From sequence record MK250016.1: a DNA stretch of 32,000 nucleotides; one strand, written 5' to 3'. This DNA comes from Prevotella phage Lak-A1. Below the pieces are notes generated by a model. The model searched no databases and was not told the origin of the DNA. It saw nothing but the letters and a program-made list of their open reading frames with translations. A program made the position numbers and the translations under genes. Positions 8,982 to 18,681 of the stretch are shown in pieces (positions within the stretch are counted from its first letter, which is position 1; the number at the start of each line of letters is the position of its first letter).

Positions 8982-9905
8982 ATGATACAGTATTTGAAAT
9001 GTGATAATGGGTTTAAAGAAACAGAACAATATGATTCTAGTTGTTGGATTAATGTAGTAAATCCAACAAAGGATGATATAAATGAACTCGTTTCACATTT
9101 CAATACACCTGATTATTTTTATGAAGATATTTCCGATATTGATGAAAGACCTAGATTTGATAGAGATGATGGTTGGATATTAACAATTATTCGTGTTCCT
9201 AATAGAGTAAGAACAGAAGACAATCAAGATCCTATATATACAACTATACCATTAGGTATGATGTTAAAAGATAATATACTTATAACTGTATATTATGGAC
9301 AAAATAATGTTATATCTAATTTTATTAACTGGTCAAATCAGAAAAAAATTAATAGAACAGGTTATGATCTTTACATAAGTATTTTTCTTGAATCGAATTT
9401 TTGGTATCTTAAATATTTAAAGCAGATTCATTTACAAATGAAAAAAGCAGAATCATCTCTTAGTGATAAGATGAATAAAAGTGAATTGATGCATATAATG
9501 AATATAGAAAAATTCTTAGTTTATTTTACTGCATCACTTAAAGATAATGAATCTGTATTAACAAGAGCAAAAAGATTTATTCCTTCTAAATCATATGATG
9601 AAGATCTTATGGATGATGTTGAAGTAGAATTAAGTCAGGCATTACATACATCTCAAATATATAGTGATATTCTAGAACGTGAACAATCTTCATATTCATC
9701 TATTATTAATAATAGTTTGAACCAGACTATGAAGAAAATGACGATTATAACTATATGTTTAATGGTTGCTGCACTTGTTCCGGGCTTTTATGGAATGAAT
9801 CTAACAAATGGTATGGAAGATTGGATTTATGGATTTCCCTTCGCATTATGTTTAACTGGTGTATGTGCAGGTATAGCATATTATTTGTGTAAACTTTTTA
9901 AATAA
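8982..9905 (+). CDS. corA: CorA-like Mg2+/divalent cation transporter, 307 aa
   Basis: Two C-terminal TM helices with YGMN signature (ALVPGFYGMNLTNG), CorA-like N-terminal domain (DSSCWINVVNPTKDDINELV..F). Confidence 0.88.
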   Translation: MIQYLKCDNGFKETEQYDSSCWINVVNPTKDDINELVSHFNTPDYFYEDISDIDERPRFDRDDGWILTIIRVPNRVRTEDNQDPIYTTIPLGMMLKDNILITVYYGQNNVISNFINWSNQKKINRTGYDLYISIFLESNFWYLKYLKQIHLQMKKAESSLSDKMNKSELMHIMNIEKFLVYFTASLKDNESVLTRAKRFIPSKSYDEDLMDDVEVELSQALHTSQIYSDILEREQSSYSSIINNSLNQTMKKMTIITICLMVAALVPGFYGMNLTNGMEDWIYGFPFALCLTGVCAGIAYYLCKLFK

Positions 9906-9915
9906 TAATTAAACA

Positions 9916-10101
9916 ATGTCTATACGATTTAAAAATACAAATGGTGGAACACCAACAAAGGAGGAAATAAAATTACATATAATTGAAAATCTCATTGAAA
10001 AACGTTTCTGTAACTATGATAATTCAGAATTAAGAGATGCTATGGTTGATGGAACTTTTAAGAAAATATACAATGAGATTATAGATAGAGTTTTTAATTA
10101 A
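9916..10101 (+). CDS. hypothetical small protein, 61 aa
   Basis: ORF track; similar to the next ORF (TKEEIKLHIIENL / TNEEINLKIHEML). Confidence 0.65.
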   Translation: MSIRFKNTNGGTPTKEEIKLHIIENLIEKRFCNYDNSELRDAMVDGTFKKIYNEIIDRVFN

Positions 10102-10116
10102 ATTTTAAATATAAAG

Positions 10117-10317
10117 ATGATAAAATTTAAAGAACAAAAACAGACAAATTCTTATGTAAATAATATAACAAATGAAGAAATTAATTTAAAGATTCATGAA
10201 ATGTTACTAGATTTTTATAAAGGACGTGATATGTATATATCTGATATGTGGGAATCAATACAAAAAGGACCTTATAAAAGGATATTTACATACATTAAAG
10301 AACATATTCATGATTAA
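10117..10317 (+). CDS. hypothetical small protein, 66 aa, possible paralog of the preceding ORF
   Basis: ORF track. Confidence 0.65.
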   Translation: MIKFKEQKQTNSYVNNITNEEINLKIHEMLLDFYKGRDMYISDMWESIQKGPYKRIFTYIKEHIHD

Positions 10318-10341
10318 TAAATAAAATAAAATTTTAAAAAT

Positions 10342-10515
10342 ATGCTAATAGGTTCATGTGTTTTATCAATGATTATTTGTATGATTCTTTGCTATTATAT
10401 TGCAAAGGCAAATAATCGAGGAACAACAACTGCTGCTGTTTGCGGACTTTTGTTTACATATATTGCAGTAATTGTTTATATTATTATTGGTCGTAAAGTT
10501 AAAGTAAATTATTAA
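10342..10515 (+). CDS. small membrane protein, 57 aa, two predicted TM segments
   Basis: ORF below track cutoff: MLIGSCVLSMIICMILCYYIAKANNRGTTTAAVCGLLFTYIAVIVYIIIGRKVKVNY. Confidence 0.65.
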   Translation: MLIGSCVLSMIICMILCYYIAKANNRGTTTAAVCGLLFTYIAVIVYIIIGRKVKVNY

Positions 10516-10539
10516 TTAATTTTAAATAATTAAAGAAAA

Positions 10540-11019
10540 ATGGAAGAGAATAAGAAAGAGCATCCTATTATTGTGAAGTATAATAATCTTATTAAGGATG
10601 CAATGAAGGCTCATGAGAAGGCGAAACTTAATACATATAAGTTGGTAAAAGCTCGTATGCTTGAGTATAAGACTGGTGCTGCAGATCAAGATGGAAATTA
10701 CCCTGTTCTTGATGAGAAAACAGAAATTCAGATTCTTAACAAAATGGTTAAGGAACTTCAGGGTGATATTAAAACTCGTCTTTCTGTAGGTAGAACAGAA
10801 GAAGCATCAGAATTTACTGAACAGATGAATTACATCAAAGAATTGCTTCCAAAGATGGCATCAGAAGATGAAGTAAAAACTGTAATTGAAAAATATATTG
10901 CAGATAATGGTAATTATACACAGAAAGAAATGGGTAAAGTTATCGGTTTTGTAAGAAGTCAATTTAAGTTAGTTGATGGTGCGATGGTTTCAAATATGGT
11001 TAAGTCTTATATTGCATAA
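10540..11019 (+). CDS. GatB/YqeY-domain protein, 159 aa
   Basis: YqeY-like layout: DAMKAHEKAKLNTYKLVKARM...LNKMVKELQGDIKTRLSVGRTEEASEFTEQMNYIKELLPKMASEDEVKTVIEKYI...QKEMGKVIGFVRSQFKLVDGAMVSNMVKSYI. Confidence 0.82.
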   Translation: MEENKKEHPIIVKYNNLIKDAMKAHEKAKLNTYKLVKARMLEYKTGAADQDGNYPVLDEKTEIQILNKMVKELQGDIKTRLSVGRTEEASEFTEQMNYIKELLPKMASEDEVKTVIEKYIADNGNYTQKEMGKVIGFVRSQFKLVDGAMVSNMVKSYIA

Positions 11020-11045
11020 TAATATAAGAATAAAAATAATTTAAT

Positions 11046-11087
11046 AATGTGGATATATTCATGATATTGGTATATCCACATTTTTTA
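11046..11087 (+). terminator. hairpin terminator closing the TAG-free left block
   Basis: aatgtggatata / tatatccacatt 12-bp stem followed by T tract. Confidence 0.8.
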
Positions 11088-11146
11088 TTATATAGACAGT
11101 TTATATATTTTTATATATAATTTTTATAAAATTGTAGTTATTAAGT

Positions 11147-12493
11147 ATGATCAATAATGATGAAGAATGTATAGAATTTTATAATTAGAATTTAAAAGGT
11201 AAGAAATTCAGTATTAAATATATAGAACAAAAATATCCTATATTTAATAATTATGTAAGACATAGGTTTACTGATATAACTGGTGAAGAAAAATTTAAAG
11301 AATTAATTTATAGAATAGAAAATAAATTAGAAGAAATACCTAAATGCCCTATATGTGGTAAATCTCTTAAATTTATTAATACAAATCCTCCAAAATATCA
11401 AACATATTGTTCTAATAAATGTAAATATTCTGATAAAGCTCGAGAATTTATTTTATATAAAACTAGACAAACAAATTTAAAGCGTTATGGAGTTGAAAAT
11501 CCTATGCAATGTAATAAAATAAAAGAAAAAAGCAAACAAACAAATTTAGAACGATATGGTGTTGAAAATCCTATGCAATTAAATTTTTATAAAGAAAAAT
11601 TAAAGCATACAATGTTAGAACGATATGGTGTTGAAAATTCATAGCAATCAAAAGAAGTACGGGATAAAGTAAAGCAAACATGTTTAGACAGATATGGTTG
11701 TACGTATCCATTGCAAAATAAGAAAATAATGGAAAAAACCAAGCAAACAAATTTAAAACGTTATGGAGTTGAAAATCCATAGCAAGTAAAGGAATTTAAG
11801 GAAAAAACATAGCAAACATGTTTAAAGAAGTACAATTGTAAAAGTCCTATGAAATTAGATAAATTTAAGGAAAAAATAAAGCAAACATGTTTAAAAAAAT
11901 ATGGTATAGAATCACCAATGCAATTAGATTTGTTTAAAGAAAAATAGAAACAAACATGTTTAAAAAAATATGGTGTTGAATATCCATCTAAAATTGAAAT
12001 TATTAGATAGAAAATAAAAGAAACGTGTTTAAAAAAATATGGTGTTGATCACCCATTTAAAAATAAAGAAATTGTATTAAAAGCGTTTAATACACGATAT
12101 TCAAAAAAGATAGCTAAATTTTCAAAAAAAGAAGATGAAGTTTATAATTATTTAATAACAATAGATAAAGATATAAAAAGACAATATTATTCTGAATTAT
12201 ATCCATTCCATTGCGATTTTTATTTACCTAAATTTAATGTATATATTGAGTATCAGGGTTCATGGGTACATGGTTTTCATCCATTTAATAAAGATGATGA
12301 AAATGATATAGCATTACTTGAAACATGGAAAAAGAAAGCAGAAAATAGTAAGTTTTATAAAAAAGCTATATATACATGGACAGTATCAGATGAATTAAAG
12401 AGAAAAACAGCTAAAGATAATAATTTAAAATATTTAGAAATATTTCCTAAAGATTCATTTAAAGATATAATAAATAGTTATTTAAAAATTTAA
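11147..12493 (+). CDS. repeat-containing putative endonuclease (homing/Vsr-like nuclease domain), 448 aa under code 15; 6 in-frame TAGs
   Basis: CPICGKS zinc-finger-like motif, about 8 repeats of the type KQTCLKKYGVENPMQ.., C-terminal PFHCDFYLPKFNVYIEYQGSWVHGFHPFNKDDENDI nuclease-like domain; paralog at 18682. Confidence 0.8.
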
Positions 12494-12537
12494 TATTAAA
12501 AAATAAATATTATAAATTTATTATATAATTATATAAA

Positions 12538-13275
12538 ATGACACGTTCTGAATTTATAGAATGGCTAAAGTCGGAAATAACAATGTCCGGTACTATCAAT
12601 ATATCTTTACCTGATAAAGAATATAATAGAATTATTGACCGAGAACTAAATATGATTTATGAACTTTATGTAGAAAGTGTGAAATATGATAAGTGTGTAA
12701 TACCAAGAGATGTATTTTATTCATAGGAATTTAGAAAGAATAGGTGTATTAAGTTTCCGGATTGTGTTTTAAGTGTTGTTCAATTTATGGAGCTCAAACG
12801 TAAAAATTCCATGTGGGGTATTGCAGACCCAGATTTATCATGGAATCGAATGTTTCAGACAGATATGTGGATGGGACCATAGATGGCAATGGATACTGTT
12901 ATGTTTAGAACTATATAGTGGTCTAATTGGGATTAGTTGAAGCAGTTTAATTTGGTTGATATAAAGCATAGATGGAATAGACCTACACATTAGTTATTTG
13001 TAACTGGACATGATCCATATAATGATGTATATTGTGAATTAGCAACAAAGGTAGATGATTAGGATTTATTTGAAGATCCTTGGGTTAGACAATGGATTGC
13101 AGCTAAGTGTAAATTATAGGTAGTAAAGAAATTAGGTACATTTACAGTAACAGCGATTGGTGGTGTAACAGTAAATACTGGAACATATTCTGAAGAAGCG
13201 AATAATGATATAAATGATTGTAAGGAATATTGGAAAACTCTTTAGCAAGCAGACTTTTTTGAAACTGGATATTAA
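12538..13275 (+). CDS. putative phage structural (possibly neck/head-completion) protein, 245 aa; 8 in-frame TAGs
   Basis: Continuous frame to TAA if TAG is sense; Trp-rich, ends ..AIGGVTVNTGTYSEEANNDINDCKEYWKTLQQADFFETGY; function inferred from context only. Confidence 0.6.
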
Positions 13276-13308
13276 TTTATTGATTAACAAATAGTTAATA
13301 TATGTGAT

Positions 13309-13356
13309 ATAGGATATTATATTTTAGATGATTAAAATATAGTATCCTATATTTTT
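13309..13356 (+). terminator. hairpin terminator
   Basis: ataggatattatatttta ... taaaatatagtatcctat near-perfect inverted repeat followed by attttt. Confidence 0.7.
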
Positions 13357-13399
13357 ATAAAATAAATAATGTAAATTTAATAATAGATTTAAATAAACA

Positions 13400-14830
13400 A
13401 TGGGATATAAAAGATATGGTAGTAGTGAGTCTGTACCAACGTTTAATGATGATAATAATGGGGAAGTTGTTTCAAATGGCATTTTAAAAAATTCATCAAA
13501 TAAAGAAATATATTTTGGTATTAAGAAACCAAAATCTGCTGCAGATTCAGATAAACCTTGGCGAGAATTAACAACAGATGATTTTGATACATAGATAACA
13601 AGTGAAACTGGTGGATGTTCAGCAACAATAACAAAAAATGATAATGATACCACAAATAAAACAGGTATAATTACATATAGATTATCTAAAAATACAACAG
13701 GTAGTAGTAGGTTAATAACATTTAAATATAAAGGTACAACATTATTTGAAATAAATTAGGCTGCAGGTCCAGTAGATAATAATACATATGTATATTTAAG
13801 ATATTGGGTATTTGATAAGTCAACATATGAAAATATTATAACATCTGCAAATAATACTACTTAGTTATATCGTTTTTCTCTTGGCATTAACAAAGAAGAT
13901 GATAATGCGTATATAAGTTATGAAACTTGGAAAACATCTGGTAATATAATATATCATGTAACAAATAATGAAGATTTAACTAATATCTTTAATACAGCAA
14001 CTTCGATAAAAAATTTAGTAGATAATGGAACATTAACATATGTTGCAGGAAAAAATTTTGATAATAATACTATATCAAGTATTATAAAATTCCCAACAAA
14101 AATGTATGAAAATGAAAATACACTTATTTCTGTTAATGATAATAGTATTGTATACATATATAGTGGCAAATATGAAGCAACTGTTGATGCAAATGATTAT
14201 TATTTTGATAAAAATAATATACATAGCATTATAAATTGGGGAAATATTAATAATGATAATGTTACATCTATTGGAAAATATAGATATAATAAAAAATTAG
14301 TAATAAAAAAAACATATGAAATTTATATGTTTAAAGTATTAACTAGTTGGTTTACTTCACATGGTAATGAAGCATTTTTATTTGTACCGACTAGTGATAG
14401 TAGGTATACATCAATCTCTAAAGAAAATGCAGATATAGATAGATGGGGTTATACATCATTTCCAGTAAGAGACGACGGAAATAAACTATATACATATTTC
14501 TTTGTAGAAACAACAAATACTTTAACAATCAATATGCTTTCTGGTAAAACATTAAAAGAATTAAAAGATAATTATAATTTAACAAAAGTTTCTGGAAATA
14601 TGTATGAAGAAGATGATACTTATGTAAATAATATATCAGATAAAGTATTAGTAAATCAATGGAATACTATTATACATAAAACATTAAATAAAAATACAGC
14701 AACAGATACTGTTGCTATAGCATGGTTATATGCTTCAAATGGTTCAGAAATTTATACAAACGCAACATCAAGTAATAGTGTAATAATTGATATGAATAAT
14801 CCTTCAGGAATATATAATATTACAGTATAA
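13400..14830 (+). CDS. putative structural/surface protein, 476 aa; 3 in-frame TAGs
   Basis: Track ORFs 13400..13594 and 14102..14830 are in the same frame, separated only by TAGs; shares GCSATI..GII.Y..SKNTT.S.RLITFKYK...LF.IN motif with the next gene. Confidence 0.72.
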
Positions 14831-14834
14831 TATT

Positions 14835-14875
14835 AAATTCGTTATTCAAAAAACATTGAATAACGAATTTTTTAT
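14835..14875 (+). terminator. strong hairpin terminator
   Basis: 15-bp perfect stem aaattcgttattcaa / ttgaataacgaattt, 6-nt loop, T tract. Confidence 0.85.
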
Positions 14876-14924
14876 TTATGTAATTTAAGTTGCAGGATCT
14901 TATATTTAGACGTATATATAAAAA
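14871..14924 (+). repeat. intergenic repeat element copy A
   Basis: tttatttatgtaatttaagttgcaggatcttatatttagacgtatatataaaa, about 48/54 identical to 15825-15878. Confidence 0.75.
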
Positions 14925-14935
14925 ATGAATTTTCC

Positions 14936-15784
14936 ATGGCAAATTATAAACAAGTTTCTAACATTGGTATAGAAACAATTTCAGCAGATACACATACAAA
15001 TGAAACATTAAAAGCACATTATCAAAGTAATGATTTATAGACTATATATTTTGGATTAAAAGATGATAATGGTAATTATGAAGGTAAGTTAATAGAATCT
15101 TCTTATGAATTAATATCTACAATACCTGGATGTTCTGCAACTATTTCTACTATTGATTTAACAAAAACTGCAGGAATTATTAAATATACGATTTCTAAAA
15201 ATACAACAAGTAGTGCAAGATTAATAACCTTTAAATATAAGAATACTGAATTATTTAAAATAAATTAGGTTGATACTAATACATTAATATATAATTCTGA
15301 ATATGTATATGTATGTACGGTTGGTAATATATCAAGTGATCCTAATAAAATATGGTTATTTGCTATACTTGCTGAAAATGGTAGTTTACCTAATAAGTCA
15401 GATTTATTAAATAATTATAAAACAATGGTGCAATTTGATAGTTCATATGCAGGAGATAATCGAAAAAATGGTAGAACATTGTATTTTTCAGAGAAAACGT
15501 TACCTGCAAATAAAACAATACAGGAATTAAAAAATAGTGGGGTATTAACAGTTGTTAGAGAAAATAAAGTTAAGTATGATACAGATATTCCTTATCATTT
15601 AGTACTAGTAAATAATAATGCATATAATGCACCATATAATATTTAGTCTAACATTGAAGACGCATTTAAAACTCCATATGAGATGTATGTTATAAATTAG
15701 AGTGATACTGTTATTTCATATTAGAAGACAATATTTAATATATTTGATTATTATTATTGTGGTATATATAAATTTAATTCATAA
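14936..15784 (+). CDS. putative structural/surface protein, 282 aa; 5 in-frame TAGs
   Basis: Contains track ORF 15425..15646 in the same frame; paralogous motif to the preceding gene. Confidence 0.7.
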
Positions 15785-15789
15785 TAATT

Positions 15790-15827
15790 ATTCGTTATTC
15801 AATTTGTTTTTAAATAACGAATTTTTT
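15790..15827 (+). terminator. hairpin terminator
   Basis: attcgttatt / aataacgaat stem followed by T tract; related to the hairpin at 14835. Confidence 0.75.
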
Positions 15828-15878
15828 ATTTATGTAATTTAAGTTACTGGATTTCATATTTAGGCGTAGATATAAAAA
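15825..15878 (+). repeat. intergenic repeat element copy B
   Basis: tttatttatgtaatttaagttactggatttcatatttaggcgtagatataaaa matches copy A at 14871. Confidence 0.75.
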
Positions 15879-15893
15879 TATATTTTAATTTTT

Positions 15894-16727
15894 ATGTCAA
15901 CATATAAAGAAACAACAGAACGAGAATTTCATATAATTAATTTTATAGATAAATCATTAGTTACATTTACGCCTGATCCAAATATAGGTACGAAAGGGCT
16001 ATTAGTAAAAGGTGTAAGTGTAAAGGATTCAAATAAAAAAGATGTTTTTATAGGATTAACTGATGGCACAAAGTTTAAATATTTAACTAATGATGATTAT
16101 AACATCTATTATCAATCTAGTGATGCAATATATGTTACTAAATATGCAGGTTCACAAGGTTGGCCTATATACTTGAATGTTTATAAAGAAAATATAGGGG
16201 TAATAGCACATATAAAATATTCATATAATGGAGTATATGATTAGTTTTTTACTATCAATTACATACCATATGAAGTATTATTTATGGGTATTTATTATTC
16301 AGAAGATATAAGAAATGTGTATTTATTTAGTGAAAAATTACCATCATCATATAGTGTAAGTCCATCTAAACATATAGCATTATATTCAAGTGCATCTGGT
16401 GATATATCATTATATGGTCCATATATATATTATGATCCCATGAAAATATTAGGTGGTGATGAAAAAAGTATTGATGATTATGTTAATGAAGGTACAATAA
16501 CATATAAATCTGGAAATGATTTCAATGCTAATATAAAAAGTATGTATACAATAGAAGTGACATTTGTAAATATACCAAATACAAATAAAGATACAATAGA
16601 AATAAGTGAAAAAACAGATATATATTGCTATGAATATATTAATAATAAGTGGCAAACATATGGTTCTAGATCTTTTATATCACCAACACCATTAGTTTAT
16701 AAGAGTGTTGCACATTATTCGAAATAA
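15894..16727 (+). CDS. putative structural/surface protein, 277 aa; 1 in-frame TAG
   Basis: Track ORFs 15894..16244 and 16284..16727 share a frame and are separated by a single TAG; YLFSEKLPSSY resembles YFSEKTLPANK of the preceding gene. Confidence 0.75.
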
Positions 16728-16788
16728 TAAATTAATATAAAAAATATTCATGAATAAATAATAAAAAGTTATTTTTAATATATTTTTT

Positions 16789-17199
16789 ATGAAACATAAT
16801 ATTCCATTAAATATACTAGATGAATATGCAAAAACAATTTCATCAAAATAGGTAAAAATGCTTTATGAATCAAAATGTAATAAAAAATTTAAGAAAGCAT
16901 TATATGAAAATATGAAATATCAAAATGATAATAGTTTTTCAATATACTTAAATGATTTTACATTAGATGAAGCTCATTCATCTGTTGATAAAGCATTAGT
17001 ACGTTATGTAAGGAAACATAAACTTCAATATAATAAAGTCAGTGATGGTGTTTATTTTTATACACCTCTTGAAGAAAATTATATTTCCTTATTAGAAAAT
17101 CTTGTTCAAGACGGATTTGATATAGATTTATTAAAAGAAAATGTAGATTCACAAAAAGCTACAGTTTATTTAGAAAAATTAAAGTTAAATAAGAAATGA
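16789..17199 (+). CDS. hypothetical protein, 136 aa; 1 in-frame TAG
   Basis: ATG 16789 in frame with track ORF 16858..17199 through one TAG. Confidence 0.7.
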
Positions 17200-17882
17200 T
17201 AAAGATTAGAAGACGTAAACCTATTTTTGAGGATGATCAGACTACATAGCAGCAACCTGCAACAGGTACAACAGCACAACCTGCTGCAACACCTGCAAAT
17301 AATACAACAACTCCAGCTGCACCAACTCAACCTCAGCAACCTGCATAGCAACCTGCTCAACTTAATAATACTAACACACCTCAGCAACCAGCTGATCAAA
17401 ATAATCAACAGCAATAGCAACAACCTAATCCTAATGCTTAGAAAGTTGCAGATGTGTTGAAAAAAATGGAAAATACATGGTGGATGATTTCTGTTAATCT
17501 TCCTGATGAAATTCAAAAAGATATTCCTGATTTTAAACAAGGAAATCAATAGGCTGATAATGCTATTAAAGCATGGGGAACATTTAAACAGAATCCAACA
17601 GAAGATACATTCAAACAATTCTTAGAAGGATTTAAAGCATTTGGTGGCGTAAATAATGATTAGACAAATAATCAATAGAATAGCCAGCAACCAGCTGCAC
17701 CAGCTCAACCTCAACAACCAGCATAGCAACCTACTCAACCTCAAACAAATGTTAATGCTGGATTAAAAGCTGCATATTCATTCAGAAAGAATCTTATGGA
17801 AAATCTTGAGATTGCAAATAAGAAAAAATATTATAATTCTGTTTGTGAAGATTATTTTGATAAAACTGAATTTACATTATAA
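17196..17882 (+). CDS. Pro/Gln-rich protein, 228 aa; 8 in-frame TAGs
   Basis: ATGA overlap with previous gene; TAG lies inside Q-rich tracts (cct gca TAG caa cct; caa cag caa TAG caa caa). Confidence 0.75.
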
Positions 17883-17904
17883 TAAAAATAAATGAATCTA
17901 AAAT

Positions 17905-18678
17905 ATGGTTAAAAAATATAAATATGTTTATAATCAAAAAACTGGACATTTTATAAAAAAACTAAATGAAGATGATTCAAATGTAAGTACAGATACACAA
18001 CAATAGCAAAATAATAATTCTAATACTACTTCATCAACAACTGATAATAAAGATACATCAACAAATAATACATCTTTTAAATCTGTTGAATCTGATGAAA
18101 CAATTCAAAGTCTCAATGCAAAAATGCAAGATAATGAAAATAAATTTCAATAGGATTTAAATACATAGCAGAAACTTTTAGATGCTGCTAAAGTTACTGC
18201 ATCTAAAAAAACACCAACAGGACCATATGACCCTGTTGCAACAGATGCAGACGTATTAAATATCATGAAAAAAATAAATGATATTACTAAACAACATGCT
18301 ATTGATATTGCAAATTTTCAAGATTAGAAATTAGCATAGCTATAGAAACTATCACAAACAAATGAATCATATTATAAAATTCCAGAAAAATATAAATGGT
18401 TAAACGAATCTAATATTCATACTGCAAAAATATATATGGGTGATCTTATAGCTCCAGATGATTAGCACATATTAAAAGGTATGGCTGATTTCAAACGTGC
18501 TTTTAAAGATACAGATTTATTATACGGGAAAGACAGAAATGGATACTTTCTTATCGCGGTTGATAAAGATGATATGACAAAAGCATTTGACACACTAGAA
18601 GAAATAGGATACCTTCGTGATGAAATAATTGATACAATGTTACCATAGGTATTAGATAGAACAAAAATGATTTTATAA
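17905..18678 (+). CDS. hypothetical phage protein, 257 aa; 8 in-frame TAGs
   Basis: Continuous frame to TAA under code 15; N-terminal S/T/Q-rich linker, C-terminal compact domain. Confidence 0.7.
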
Positions 18679-18681
18679 TTT

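Noticed and set aside
11020-11146. Search for a tRNA or small RNA at the code boundary
   Set aside because: Only a terminator hairpin is evident; no cloverleaf recognised by eye
11571-11780. - strand ORF (69 aa)
   Set aside because: Antisense to the repeat region of the nuclease-like gene
11461-12060. Regularly spaced repeats resembling a CRISPR array
   Set aside because: Repeats are degenerate, in frame, and encode KxYGVENPMQ units within one ORF; no unique spacers of constant length
13324-13653. - strand ORF (109 aa)
   Set aside because: Overlaps a hairpin terminator and the start of the recoded gene 13400..14830
12700-14100. Apparent pseudogenes/decayed region because ORFs are broken
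   Set aside because: All interruptions are TAG only, frames are intact and genes end in TAA; recoding explains this better than decay
17166-17618. - strand ORF (150 aa), Cys/Arg/Leu-rich, and the + strand Gln/Leu-rich ORF 17227..17460
   Set aside because: Shadow frames of the P/Q-rich coding sequence 17196..17882
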